A DNA stretch of 63,268 nucleotides, the filler included, from Ministeria vibrans ATCC 50519 (lineage: Eukaryota; Protista; Filasterea): the NCBI GenBank assembly GCA_943704425.1. It is 6 parts of 6 records of this genome, joined end to end, with 100 filler letters (N's around TTAATTAATTAA, not from the genome) between each part and the next. Parts side by side here need not be neighbours in the genome. Positions count along the whole stretch, not along the records: positions 1 to 17,437 come from CALSCP010000173.1; positions 17,538 to 35,818 come from CALSCP010000434.1; 4 more parts are not named here. One strand, 5' to 3'. Of this stretch, positions 1-22,812 are shown piece by piece. The notes below the pieces were generated by a model, which saw nothing but the letters and a program-made list of their open reading frames with translations, was not told the DNA's origin and searched no databases. The translations under genes and the position numbers were made by a program. Every line of letters starts with the position of its first letter. Within the stretch, counting starts at the first letter, position 1.

Positions 1-527
1 AGGCTTGATGTAAGAGGATGTTGTTTTCCTTCTTGAAGATGTCTTTCTCTCTTTGTGCTTCTTATGCTGAGGGTGAATTGACACTATTTCATCAGGCGCA
101 AAAAATGCTCGACCACACTGATTATAATACATCAAAATATTATTTATTTTATCAACTGTCGAGTATTATTCGAGTATTCAAATACAATAAATGTAATAAA
201 TGGTGGATGCCAAAAGAGCAAAAAGCCGAAAGACAGCCAAATTGACGACCGTGACCTGTGAGATTAGCATGAACAGAAGCAGTTGAAAAGTGCGGGAGTG
301 TGTGTTGTCGTTCAATTTTTTCCTTGACCTCAATCAAAGTCTATTACAAAATTAAGTTTGGTATTTCATTTTGAGATGAATATAAAACGTTTATATCTCT
401 CACTATCCTCTGGATTTTGAGTCCTAAGTATTCCTATTAATTAATTTATTTTCATTAAAATAAATATTCTTCTTATTTTGCTTCCTCTTTATTATTCTTC
501 TTATTATATTATTATTAATTTTATTGT

Positions 528-7473
<6,946 letters not shown>

Positions 7474-8012
7474 GGTGAAGGCACGGGGGATGGGCCAGTG
7501 GGAGGACGTAGGCCAACTGTGGCTGCGGCTGTCAGTATAGGTATAAAGTAGAGTGAATTTGTTATTTGAGCTGTGAGATTGTGATTTACTTATTGTTACA
7601 AACGAAAAGCGAGCAAAAACCCACTCAGAACCACTTTCTATGCCACAAGAGCATTGAGACGTATTTAAGAGAGAGAGCAAAGACAGGTTGGAGCAATCAG
7701 TAAATGCTAATAGTTTATAGTTATTCATTGTCCATTTCAAACCGATTTTTAAGGGCCTTTGTCGGTCAGATCACAAGAAATTTGACTAATCACAGATTTT
7801 TTGATTGCAAACAAAATGGAAAAAGGATCCCCCGTTTTACGCCCTGTGCGCTCGGCTGCATCTCATGCTCGCTTTATAGCACCCACTCAAAGGCGGAAAA
7901 TTGCCAAAGAAAACTTTCCCGCTCGTAAGGATAAAGCACAAAAAAAAAATTATTTTTGAAAGTTTGCACTTTTCATTCAGCATCGTCACCGGTGAAAAGC
8001 TACCGGTCACCG

Positions 8013-9026
8013 ATGAAACCACGATCGCCCATGATGCACATCCGATCTTCACCAAACTCTTCGCGGGACGCACGACTCGCACAACAGCAGCGAGACCTTC
8101 AACTCGCGGCTGAGTTGGGAACGGCACTTCTCTCGGAAAACCAGTCGCTGAAAGAACGACTGGGGCAACTCGAGGAGCGCATTGAGACGTACGAGACGCT
8201 TTTGTACAAGACACAGCAAGAGATGAAGGCAAGATGCTCGACCATTGCAACGTACGCGCGCCAGTTGGGCGTGTACGAGGAGATGGAGATCTCCAGCGAA
8301 AACGTGTCGAAAGTAGCGGCGACTGCTCAAGCCGCAGCGACCGCTGCCACTGCCGAATTGGCAAGTGTACGGGTGGAGCAGCGCAACTTAGAGGATCGGC
8401 TGGCGACGGCCCAGGAAGAGGCAGCTGTGGCGCGCAAACAGTTCAACGAAGAACGACTGAGACTTCAAGAGCGATGTCGCCGCGAGCGGGACGCGCGCAT
8501 GGCCGCCGAGCAGCAATTGGAGCGTGAGAACGACGAAAACATTGAGATGGAGCGACTGTTGACGCAAGCGCGTGGCAAGTCGGAGCGTCTGAGTAAGCGA
8601 GTGTCGTTGCTGATGGAAGAGGGGGATGAGCTTGCCGCCCAGTTGCGGACATCACAGGAGTCGCTGGAGAAGGCGCAACACCACGTTGGCGAACTGCTTG
8701 AGAAGCACACATCAACAAAGGTACTCCTCGAACAGTACCGCGACATGGAGCGACAGACAGCAGCGAGTGGAGAGCACGACAGGGCGCAAGCGCGAGCGCG
8801 ACAGCAGCGCGAAGAGGTCGCCGACGCACGACGACACAAACAACGACAGAGACAACAAGCAAAACAACAACAACAACAGCGACAACAACAGCAGCAGCGG
8901 CAGCAACAACAACAACAACAACAATCGGATGTGGCTCATTTGAGTGGATTTCTCTTTGTGCCTCCCCTCTCATTTAATCGTGTTCAATCGTACTTTCACT
9001 TGTCTGTCAACATTGACGAACAATAA
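8013..9026 (+). CDS. Coiled-coil protein with CC1 box (CDR2/BICDR/HAP1-like candidate dynein adaptor)
   Basis: Single ORF from MKPRSPMM. QRDLQLAAELGTALLSENQSL matches the AAxxG CC1-box motif (CDR2: DLQLAAELGKTLLDRN). It is followed by ~250 aa of heptad-rich E/K/R/Q sequence and a poly-Q tract. Confidence 0.7.
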   Translation: MKPRSPMMHIRSSPNSSRDARLAQQQRDLQLAAELGTALLSENQSLKERLGQLEERIETYETLLYKTQQEMKARCSTIATYARQLGVYEEMEISSENVSKVAATAQAAATAATAELASVRVEQRNLEDRLATAQEEAAVARKQFNEERLRLQERCRRERDARMAAEQQLERENDENIEMERLLTQARGKSERLSKRVSLLMEEGDELAAQLRTSQESLEKAQHHVGELLEKHTSTKVLLEQYRDMERQTAASGEHDRAQARARQQREEVADARRHKQRQRQQAKQQQQQRQQQQQRQQQQQQQQSDVAHLSGFLFVPPLSFNRVQSYFHLSVNIDEQ

Positions 9027-9048
9027 ACACAAAATAATAAAAGATACT

Positions 9049-9993
9049 TTAACGAGCAGTCGGGACACCCAACGTGGATAAGACTTCCTTGAAGTCCTTC
9101 ATCTCACTGGCAATAGCTTTCATCTCGCCCGTCAGCACGCTAGTGCGCTGGACTGCCTGCTCAGCCTCAGGACCACCAATAGCACACAAAGCCACGGTCG
9201 CCGCCTGTCGCACATTGGAAATGGCATCATTGCGGTACAGGTCAAGAATGGCACCCGTTGCTTCAACACACTTAAGCTTGGCCAGACCCAGACACGCTGC
9301 CTCTCGCACCAAACGGTCATCGTCGCTCAGCGCCTCAATCAGATCCCCACTTGCCTCTGTGCGTTGCAACAAAAGTCACTCTTGTGTGTGTCTTCTGTAT
9401 AAATTATATTACCTGTGTTGCCAATGCGGCCGAGTGCGATGGCGGCAAGGGAGCGCACGTCGGGATCTTCGTCGCGCAGAAGCGTCAGCATCGACTGGAA
9501 TGCAACTGAGCTGCCCTTAAGTCCATACTCGACAAGCTTCTCAGAGGCATCCGATTGCGTGCCTACCAGAAGAATCGAGAAGTGAGTGAGCGACTGAGAG
9601 TGCTACTTGTACCTTTATGGCTAAGTGCGTCGTCGACCAATCTCAGTTCGTCCATGAGCGCCTTGAGGTTTCCTTCAATGTCATGATGGCGTTCGCTGAA
9701 CACAGCAAATTGGTATACTGTCACTTGTGTTGTCGCAGTGTCGGAACCAGTAAACAGCTATGAATGGCAAGTACATGTGAGCGAACAAAGCACAAGGAAC
9801 ACAGACACACACAAAAACGTAAAACAGAAAAGAGACAAACACCCACCACAAAGACACCCACCACAAAGACCACAAAGACACACACACCACAAAGACCACA
9901 AAGAAAAACACACCACAAAGACACACACACAAAGACGCACACACACACAGACACACACACAAAGACGCACACACACAAACAGACAGACAGACA

Positions 9994-10086
<93 letters not shown>

Positions 10087-10930
10087 GCGTGCGAAGTGCA
10101 TTGAAAAGTCGATCAGAATTTGTGTCTTGGAGTAGCGCCGAGAAGAGATGATTGACAGCGCCACGGAAGAGAGCCCATTCAACGAGAAGTTGCTACGAGT
10201 AAACAGTTTCAATGTTTCGCATTCTTGTCGCGCCCACCACCTTACATCGGCTCCAAACGACTCGCACCAGAACTGCAGGTGGCTCTGGTTCTTGATGACG
10301 CGACTCGCATGGAAGCGTGAGTTCATCGTGCTGGCCACACTCGACATGGCCGTCGCCGTAATGTCGGCCGTCTCCAGCTTGACCAGCTCGATGATCTCGT
10401 CAAGCGCATTCTTCTGCTCGTCGATTTGCTTGATGAAGTTGCGACTCTTCAGTAATCTCTTCAGCTTGGAGCCTGCACGAAGCGACAGTGGTGGAAGTTC
10501 AATTGACCACCAAAATCACATTAAAAAACAATAATATAATAACGACCAAAATGCGTCCTTTGTACCCTTTGCGACGTCCACTTGCTCGATGAGCTGCTGT
10601 GCGCGCGACAAATGAGTCAAGAGAGCGTCCTGGATCTTCGACTGGGGGTTCAGTCTCTCCTGTCTTCGAATGGCAAATTCACCAACACTACGAAGACGAA
10701 AAAAAGGGTGAAAAAAGAGAGTAAGAAGACGAAGAGGGCATGGCGTGAGCACACTGGATGCTCTCCTGGTGTGTCCAGGTGGGTGTTGGGCGGCTCGCCT
10801 ACCGTTCAATGGTATGGGCAAAGCCGTCAAGCGAGTCGGACAGCGACTGGTACGCTTTGGCGACGCGGTAGCAGAAGGCGTACGCCTCTTTGATCGCCGT
10901 GAGTGCCAAGTCCGTTGCAATGTCTGCCAT
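9049..10930 (-). CDS. 395-aa protein: MLKL/RPW8-like four-helix bundle, Cbl-TKB-type EF-hand-like module, and HEAT (PBS-lyase-like) repeats
   Basis: Seven phase-consistent exons (10930-10803, 10687-10566, 10472-10246, 10192-10085, 9757-9613, 9562-9413, 9356-9049; 1188 nt). HEAT motifs LLRDEDPDVRSLAAIALGRIG, LSDDDRLVREAACLGLAKL and NVRQAATVALCAIGG. The N-terminal and middle domain assignments are by pattern recognition. Confidence 0.8.
9800..10084. repeat. (CA)n microsatellite and degenerate CACAAAGA minisatellite in an intron
   Basis: Seen directly in the sequence. Confidence 0.95.
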
Positions 10931-11234
10931 TAAGTAAGTTTGCAATATTATTAAAAATTATTATTCAGTATTTCAGATATGAATGAACGAACTCAGATAA
11001 TCACCACACAATTACACAGAACTGCTCTTTTCATTTGTCTCCCTCTCCCTTCAATAATAAATACTTAAATAGGAATATGAATGATACATGGTAGTGATGG
11101 CGGAAGTTTACTATTGCTCCTTGTCGCTTCACGCCTTGTGCTTATTTGATCGTCAACACTAAAAGTTATTTACTAAAGTATCACTGTGACCTGTGTCAAC
11201 ACTCAACACTTATTCTTTTCATTTTGCTTGATCA

Positions 11235-14032
11235 ATGTCTGCCATTGATGCTTTCTCCAAAGTGGCAAAGGCGCCGTCGTACCCTCGCGCCATGCTTCTC
11301 CATTCTCAAGGTCTGTTGTGAATTGTGTTGTGTCATTTTCTCTGATTGTGTCATTGTTCGCTCGCGCTGCTCTCGTAGACGAAGGAGAAGACTCTGCCAC
11401 TGTCATTGCCATGGTCAGTCAAAGATCCCTGGCGCGACGCACAAAGGTAAGTACACAAAACAAAAGCAAAGTGCGCATTCTCACTCACTTTTCCTTTCAG
11501 ATTACCTCAACCGTCAGTGTGGGACTGTCGGGCATATCCAAGACCTCGGAAGGATCGCTTGAGGTTGCATGGCGCGCACCCTCGCAAGGGGAACTCGCCG
11601 ACGTGGCGCTGTGGTCGATGGCGCCGTCGGGAACGCGCACCGTCATCGTCCGCTCCGTTGCGTCTCCCGACGACAAGGCAAAAAGCGAACAGCACTTCCA
11701 ACTGTGGCAGCACGGGTCGCTTTTGTGCAGCCAAGTGCTGGACAAGTTTCACGGCAAGGTACAGGCCCAATGCCACGAAAAAGAAAGCCCATTGACTCCT
11801 GTCTCCTTCTCCTGTCTCCTGTATGTATGTGTGTAGGCCTACTCACCGAGTGATCTGTTTGGGGGCGCAAGCTGGTCGTCTGACGAAACTCGCTTTCTTT
11901 ACTCGGCTCGAGCGAAAATTAAGCAGGGTGACTTTGCTTTCGACGAAGGGAAAGAGTCAAAGGACAAGGACAAGGACAAGGACAGCTCAGAACCGTACTT
12001 GCACCAACAACACAAAAACACCCATAACGATTGTGAAACCCCCCCCNNNNNNNNNNGGACAAATCTGCCAGAGCTCCGCGTCCAAATGCTCCCCATTCTC
12101 TCCTGCAGAAGCCACGAGATAAAGCGCGAGCGCTTTGAGTACACACGCAGCTGGGGCGAAGGTTTCTCGGGGTGCGAACAGGCACGACTGTTTGTTGCAA
12201 CCTTCAGTGACGATCAAATTGACATTGCGCGCCTGGAAGTGCCCCTGTCGCTGTGGCCCGGTCAGGCTGTGTTTGCGCCCCATGGTGACAACGCCATTGT
12301 GTTTGTCGCGTGGCCAGTTGAGGAGCGCGACTGGTCTGGGTTATTGGGCTGTACCAATCGTCGAGCAGCGCTCTATCGGATGGCAATTGGTGTTGGTGGA
12401 GAGACGGCGGAGTGTGCGCCCGAGCGACTCACGTCCGAGACTGCCTTTGCACGCAGTCCCCGCTTTTCACCCGACGGTACAGTGCTTGTGTGGCTTGAAA
12501 CGGATCTGGATACGCCGCATGGATCATGTTCGCGGTTGATGGCGCGCGAGTGGCACAGCAATAGTGGTAGTAATGGGAATCGTGTGGTGGTTGCGGAGGT
12601 AGAAACGCCGTTGATGTGCGAGGACACCGGCGAGATGGGGTTTCCTGGTCTTTACGCGAGTGTACTTGCGCCGCGCTGTTGGCTGGGAGACAACCGCACC
12701 ATGCTGGTCGATAGTTCGTGGGGATCGGAACGTGCATTGCTGCAGGTAAACACGAAGACGGGACGTGTCATGCGGGTGCATCCTGACTGGCCCGTTGGGA
12801 CGTACACGCTGCTCGACGTGCTTGGCGACGTCTTCCTTGTGTCCTATGCCAGTCCCGACACTCCTCCCACCCTGCTGGCGAGTCGTCCATCGACAGGCGA
12901 ATGGACACGCGTTCTTGGCGACGACACGACAGCCACCCTCAAGCGTCAAGCAGTCGCTCCGGTCGCAAGCTACACCATTGAGCAGATGAGTGACGACCCT
13001 ACTTCTGCCCCGTGGGAGATCATTCTCCTCCTTCCACAACCACCGCAGCAGCAGCAAAGCTCATCCGACGAGCCGACCAAGGACGCACAAAAGCCTCGCC
13101 TCATTGTTGTTCCGGTACGAAACCTGCACGTGAAACTGTTAGCCTGTTTGACACTGCACATAGCACGGTGGCCCGCACACGAGCTACTCGCCCGACTACA
13201 ATGTGACATTATGCTCACTCTGTGCGCTTGGCTACGCTGTGCTGCTCGTCAACTACCGTGGCTCGCTGGGCTACGGACAGGCGGGTGTGCGAGGTCTTCT
13301 AGGCCATATTGGCGATGCGGACGTGGCGGATGTGCGAACGGCAGTCGAGCGCGTGAGAGACTCGGGCAAGGTGGATCCTTCCAAGATTGCCATTTTCGGT
13401 CAGGGGTTTTAAACAAACAAACAAACAAACAAACAAACTTTTTAACCTTATTTGTGCTCAGGTGGCTCACACGGAGGTTTTATTGGTGCACTCATGACGA
13501 CAAAGTATCCAGATCTGTTTAGTGCGGCAGTGCTGCGCAACCCTGTCACCAATGTGGCCGCAATGCCTTTTATCACTGACATTCCTGTATGACACTACTT
13601 TTCATGATACTTACGTTGCTTAACACACGCTTTTTTTTCTTTTTTCCTATTTTTTCTTTTTTTGTAGGACTGGGCGTTTATGGAGACTGGGATGGTGTTT
13701 AGTGGAACGAACAGCAAGGCGGTGACGAGTGAAGAGTACACACGAATGGTCAACGTGTCGCCGCTGACGCACATTGCGTCTGTGGTGACACCCACGTTGC
13801 TACTGCTGGGTGCGAAGGACCAGCGTGTGCCGATGAGCCAGGGCCTTGCGTGGTACCATGCGCTGGTGGCCAAGGGCGTTGCAACGCGTCTCTATGTCTA
13901 TCCCAACGATGGACATCCCCTGTCGTCCGTTGAAGCAGAGGTAATAAATTTAGTGTGTCTTTTGGTTTTGATACTTTCGTGTAGGCGGATGGATTCTGTC
14001 GCATTGCAGAGTGGCTTGCCGAACACTTGTGA
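11235..14032 (+). CDS. APEH: Acylamino-acid-releasing enzyme (acylpeptide hydrolase, S9C), multi-exon
   Basis: SWGE, GLLGCTNRRAALY, RSPRFSPDG, HGGPH, VNYRGSLGYG, catalytic GGSHGGF, LRNPV, D-RVP and catalytic H (DGHPL) occur across spliced exons. Stop after AEWLAEHL. Confidence 0.9.
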
Positions 14033-14158
14033 TAGAATGAATTGAAAATCAATCTGTTCCGATTTCACCGACATGATACAATGGAATGTGTTTAGAAACG
14101 AAGAGTTCAAAATCATACTTCATAATTCATTCTAATCACTCTGCTCACGTCAAGCACT

Positions 14159-17272
<3,114 letters not shown>

Positions 17273-17437
17273 GTCCGTCACTCTCTGATCGTTACTTTTT
17301 TCTCCCATTTTTCCTTTTTCCTCTCTCTCTCTCTCTATCACTTTGTTTCTTTCTCCTCTCTCTCTATCACTTTGTTTCTTTCTCCTCTCTCTCTATCACT
17401 TTGTTTCTTTCTCCTCTCTCTCTCTATCACTTTGTTT

Positions 17438-17537
17438 NNNNNNNNNNNNNNNNNNNNNNNNNNNNNNNNNNNNNNNNNNNNTTAATTAATTAANNNNNNN
17501 NNNNNNNNNNNNNNNNNNNNNNNNNNNNNNNNNNNNN
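17438..17537. other. Artificial contig-join spacer
   Basis: N44-TTAATTAATTAA-N44, a six-frame stop linker. Confidence 0.97.
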
Positions 17538-17774
17538 GGCCAAGGTCACCCTGCTGCTCATCCTCCCTCCCCCCCTCCTGACCATTCTCTTCCCTCCAAC
17601 TCCTTCCCTCTCTCTCTCTCTCGGTTTCCTTCTCGCTCTCTCTCTCCGCTCTGTCGCTGCTTCATTTTTTTTTTCTTTTTTTCGCATTTCCTCACTGACT
17701 CTTTTCCCGGTTTCCGTTTGCCACACAGTCACACAGAGACAGGGACTTCTATCTTTTTTTTCTCTCTCTCTCTG

Positions 17775-20700
17775 ATGGCGGACCGCGAGGAATCGGGCGA
17801 CGGGCCGCCAGCGAAACGTATCAAACTTGAGGAGAGCGCTGCTGTTGCTGCTGTTCCTGTTGCTGCTGCTGCTGCGCACGTCGTCGAGCCCCACGCCGAG
17901 GTCAACGTTGAGGAAGAACTGCCTGACCTTGACGACATGAACGACAGCGATGAGCCATCACAGCTTTCTCCTGCTCCTGCTCCTGCGCCAAGTCAACAGC
18001 AGTCGATGCAACAACAGCACCCGCAATCGGCATCATCACCATCATCAGCTCAATCTCAACCTTCTCAACATCCTCCCCCGTCATCCTCACAAACGACTTC
18101 GACGCCTACGACCTCATCTACTTCTGTAACGCCCGCCACAACCGCATCGTCACCGTCGCGTGTCCCCGACCGAAGACGGCTCGTGCAACAACAGCTCATC
18201 CTCATGCGACACGCCAACAAGTGCACCAACACTGCGTGCAAGGTGCAATTCTGTGATGTCATGAAAAATGTCCTGGCTCACATTACGCTGTGCCGGGAAG
18301 GCCGTCAGTGTACCGTCGCACACTGTGTGTCCACCCGCGAAATCATCCACCATTGCAAAACGTGCAAAAACTCTGAATGCGTCATCTGCGAACCCATTCG
18401 TCGTCGCCCCAGCATTCCTTCCACAGCAACAGCAGCTCAGGCTCAGGCACAACAAGCTGCAAGTGCGAATGCCTCAACAACGGCCGCCGCACAATCACAA
18501 CAACTTCAACCACAATCCACCGCAGCAGCAACTACAACCCCAACGCCTTCCTCTGTACCAACCCAAACCCCACAGTCTGTCGCTGCCTTCCACTCGTCCT
18601 CCGCGGCACCCTCCGCCCAAGCAGCAGCAGCGCCCGTCTCAAGATCCATTCGCTTCACCTTGTCCTCGGCCAACCACAGCAACAACAACATCACCTCCAA
18701 GGGACATGCCAACAACGCCCCTAACGGCACCAAAGCAGCTGCCGCCGCCGCTGCCGCCGCCGCCGCTGCTGCTGCTGCCTCGTCCCTTGTGGCACTTCCG
18801 TCGACATATCATGACTCGTGGCGCGCCACTTTTGATCTGCCCCGTCGCAATGCCATTGTCAAGAAGCTCTACGAAGAGTTGTGCAAGTGCGTCACCAAGG
18901 GCGCCGGCGACGAAGCCGAAGTGAAAAATGTCGCGGCCAACATTGAGAAGCAAACCTTTGAGTTTGCCGTCAGCTACGATCACTACCTTGAGGTGGTTGC
19001 GGAGAAGATTTCCAATCTCAACACGGCTCATCGCCTTCGTCTTGCCGAAGCGGCTGCGCGTGCTGCCGCCGCTGCCGCCGCCTCAGGCTCTGGCTCCTCC
19101 AACGGCCGTCCCATGATCAAAATTCCTCTGCGTCACCCCAGTATGTCCTCCTCAGCAGCCAGTCCCGTCCCATCTGCTTCTACGGCCAATGGCTACGCGT
19201 CGGCGCCGTCGACACGAGCCGCTGCTAACACAGCCGCTATCACCACGCCTCCCATCTCGATGTCAGCTGTACCGGCAGGGCACCCGCCACCCGCACAGCC
19301 TATTGTTGCTGCCACCTCCACCGGCTCCGCTGCAGCGGCCCCTGCAGCACAGCAAATGACCTTTGAACAGCTCAAGCAACAGGCGCCCACACTGCGTGCC
19401 AAGCGTCCGTGGGACCCCACCAGTCTCAAGGACGCTCTCATGCCCGTGCACATTGCCGTGATGAACCACAACGACGCCCATCCCTTCCTCATGCCGGTGG
19501 ACTGGCGCAAGTTTGGTCTGCCCACCTATCCCGAGATTGTTAAGAACCCCATGGACTTTGGGACCATCACCGAGAAGCTCAAGTCGCTCAAGTACCTCGA
19601 ACCAGTCGCCTACTGCGACGACATGCGCCTCGTCTTTGACAACGCCTGGCTCTTCAACCCAAAGGGAACCGACGTCTACAAAATGACTACCAAGGTACAT
19701 ATATTGCACTAGAGTCAGAGTGAGACAGAGAGAGACAGAGAGGTGTATATATATATGTATGTATATTTGTGTGTTGTGTGTGAGGTTGATAGAGAACACC
19801 TGCTCACTTTTTACTTGTTTGATAGGTTGCGACGTACTTTGAGAAACAAATTGAGCCGGTACTGGCGGGTCGAATGGGCTACTGCTGCTCGATGAAGCGC
19901 AACAAGTATAGTCCGGCCAAGATGTACTGCTATGGCAAGTGTCTGTCGTCGATTCGCTGGCAGAGCAACTACTACGTGTGCGACGACCGTGGCCTTGTTT
20001 ACTGCGAAAAGGACTTCCGAGAGCTGCCGGGTGACACGGTGCCGGTCGAGGGCAACCCCGAGCCTCTGAACAAGTCGGCGTTTGTGCAGCGCAGGCACGA
20101 CGAACAGGATGTCGAGCCGCTGCTCGACTGTGAGCTGTGTCCGCGCAAGTTCCACGAAGCTTGTGTCCTTCACAACCGACTCACCGACAAGATTGCATTG
20201 TGCCTCAAGTGCAAAGGTCAGGTGCAACGGTGCATCCGCGACTATCGCGACTCGCGCACGCAGTTTACCGCCGAGTCTCTGCCCCGCACCAAACTGGGCG
20301 ATTTCATTGAGCAGCGGCTGCGTCAGCTTGCAGTGGACATGCGCCAGACGTTCAGTGAGGTCACTGTGCGCGTTGTGTTCAACGGCCCGAAGTCGTGTGA
20401 GGTGCGTCCGCTCTTTCGCAACTTCCGCGAAGGCACCGCTGCCAATGCTCCCGTGGCCCCCGCTGCCTTCCCGTACCGCCAACGGGCCATTTTTGCCTTT
20501 CAGAAGATTGGTGGTGTCGAAGTGTGCTTCTTTGGCATTCACGTCCACGAGTATGGTGACAACTGCCCTCCACCCAACACGCGACGTGTCTACATCTCCT
20601 ATCTCGACAGTGTCCACTACTTTGAGTCGCAAAATCGCGAGATGCGCACACGCGTCTACCAAGAAATTGTCCTCTCCTACCTCGCCTGGTGCAAGAAACT

Positions 20701-22405
20701 TGGCTACCTTAGCGCACACATCTGGGCGTGTCCGCCGCGCGCCAGCGACGACTACATCTTCTATTGCCATCCGCGCACGCAAAAGATCCCCGATGCAATG
20801 CGCCTGCAAAAGTGGTACCGCAACATGCTGAGGATGGCTAAGAAGGACCACATCGTCATCGACTTTATGGACATTATGGGTCAGTTTGCCGTTGAGCGCA
20901 TTACCTATGCGTGTCACTTGCCCTACTTTGCCGGCGACTTCTGGCCGGGTGTTATTGAGGAGGAAATCGAGGAGATGCAGCAAGAGAAGCGGCAGGCCGA
21001 GGAGCAACAGGTGGCTCTAAAGCACAAGCAGCAGCTGGCCCTGAACAAGGCGGCGGCCGAGGCGGCCCGGGCCGCCGATGCCGCTGCAGCCGCTGCTGCC
21101 ACGGCGAATGCGAATCTGGTGAATGGAGGTGGTGATATGATCATGACGGACGTGGACGCGGATGGCTCATCAGATGCGGTCTCTGCGGCGGTCGCTGCCA
21201 ATGCAGCTGCGACTGAGGCGGCAGCCAATGCGGCTGCGGCTGCTGAAGCCGCCTCGGCGGGGCCCGTGGCGCCCACCAATGTGACACCTAGCAAAGCGTC
21301 TAAGGCCAAGGGCAAGGGCAAAGGACCCAAACGACCGGCCATGAAGTCGGAGCTCGCCGAGCGACTGTACGCTACCGTCGAGAAGAACAAGGATGGCTTT
21401 TTCTTTGCTCGTCTCAACCACCCGGGGAGCGAGCTCACGTCGCAGCCCATCCATGATCCGGACCCGCTGATGCCGTGCTATATTATGCACGAGCGCGAGA
21501 CGCTCCTGGAGATGTGCAAGGTACACCACTACGAATTTGACGACTTGCGCAAGGCCAAGCACGCCAGCATGATGTTCCTGTACCACTTGCACAATCCTGA
21601 CAAGTCGGCCGTGAGCGAGTTCTCGTGCGACAAGTGCAGCCGCACCATCAACGTGGACGAGTCGCGCTGGCACTGCTCGACGTGCGAAGAGGACTTTGAC
21701 CTGTGCAACGAGTGTAACCACAAACATGGTGCGCAGCACCCGCATCCGCTGCACAACGCCGGCTTTGGCGACGACAGTGGCCAGTCGTCGTCGCAGTCGG
21801 ATCCGCAGGCGGACCCTCAGAAGAGTCGTATGGAGCTGCTTCGTCGCTACACCGAGTCGCTGGTGCACGCCACACAGTGCACGAATCCCACGTGCCAGGT
21901 GTCGCGCTGCGAGAAGCTCAAGCAGGTGCTGGCACACGCACGCACGTGTCCCACCAAGTCACCGGGCTGTGGTGTGTGCAAGCAGCTGCAGTCACTGCAC
22001 ATTGTGCACGCACAGCAGTGCCAACGCGCCGACTGCCCTCTGCCTAACTGCGCGACCGTCAAGGCCTTCCTGCAGCAACGCCGCGATGAACAACGCCAGC
22101 AGGAACAACGACGTCTGCTGTTTCAACGCCAGCGCGACAGCCACCAAGCTCTCGTCACGTCGGGCGCACCGTTGCCCCCTCCTGATGACCTCGACTCCCA
22201 GCCCCAAGACGAGTCCGTCTCGACGACCGCGCCTGCGTCCACCGCGACCACCCCGCTTCCCTCCTCCACCACTCCCACCCCCTCCCTTGGCACCATGACT
22301 CCGCCCATCCTTCCAACTGGGCCTCCCATGACCCCAGCCCTTGTTTCTCTCAGTGTCTCCGCTGCAATCAACAATCTCAAACACCAACAAGACCAAGACA
22401 ATTAA
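17775..22405 (+). CDS. CREBBP: CBP/p300 histone acetyltransferase (TAZ1-KIX-bromo-RING/PHD-HAT-ZZ-TAZ2)
   Basis: Two exons (intron 19695-19825). TAZ1 LVQQQLILMRHANKC; KIX SWRATFD...YLEVVAEKI; bromo PFLMPVD..YPEIVKNPMDF..FDNAWLFN; HAT RRVYISYLDSVHYF, HIWACPP..DDYIFYCHP, LPYFAGDFWP; ZZ CDKC..WHCSTCEEDFDLC; TAZ2 SLVHATQC. Confidence 0.95.
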
Positions 22406-22609
22406 TCTCTCTTTTTCTCTATACTCTTTCTTCCCCTTCTCTTTTGTGTGTTCTATTTTTTCTCCTTCTTCCTATTGTGTGTGTTTTGTGTTTCTTTTTT
22501 TGTGCGTGTCCTTTTCTGTCTTTCTCTTTCTTTCTCTGTGCTGTCTCTGTACCAATTGACCGAAACAATAAAAATACACCAAAAATATCGTATGTCCAAA
22601 CAAACACAT

Positions 22610-22769
22610 TTAAAACGTGGCTTTTTCAATCAATTCCATAAGTTCGGTTTCGGTGAGTGCGATGGAATTCCCTTTCATTGAACTAGAAACGGAAGCCTAA
22701 GGGAATAATGGGTTGAGTGGCTGTGATTGTTGCGTGTGTGTGTGTGTGTGAGTGAGTGTGTATGTGTGA

Positions 22770-22812
<43 letters not shown>

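Noticed and set aside
1-340. Possible small minus-strand exons (CGRAFFAPDEIVSIHP...) at the window start
   Set aside because: Too short and AT-rich, with no recognisable start or family, to support a call.
17482-17493. Recurrent TTAATTAATTAA palindrome flanked by Ns (5 copies)
   Set aside because: Artificial six-frame-stop contig linker, not biological.
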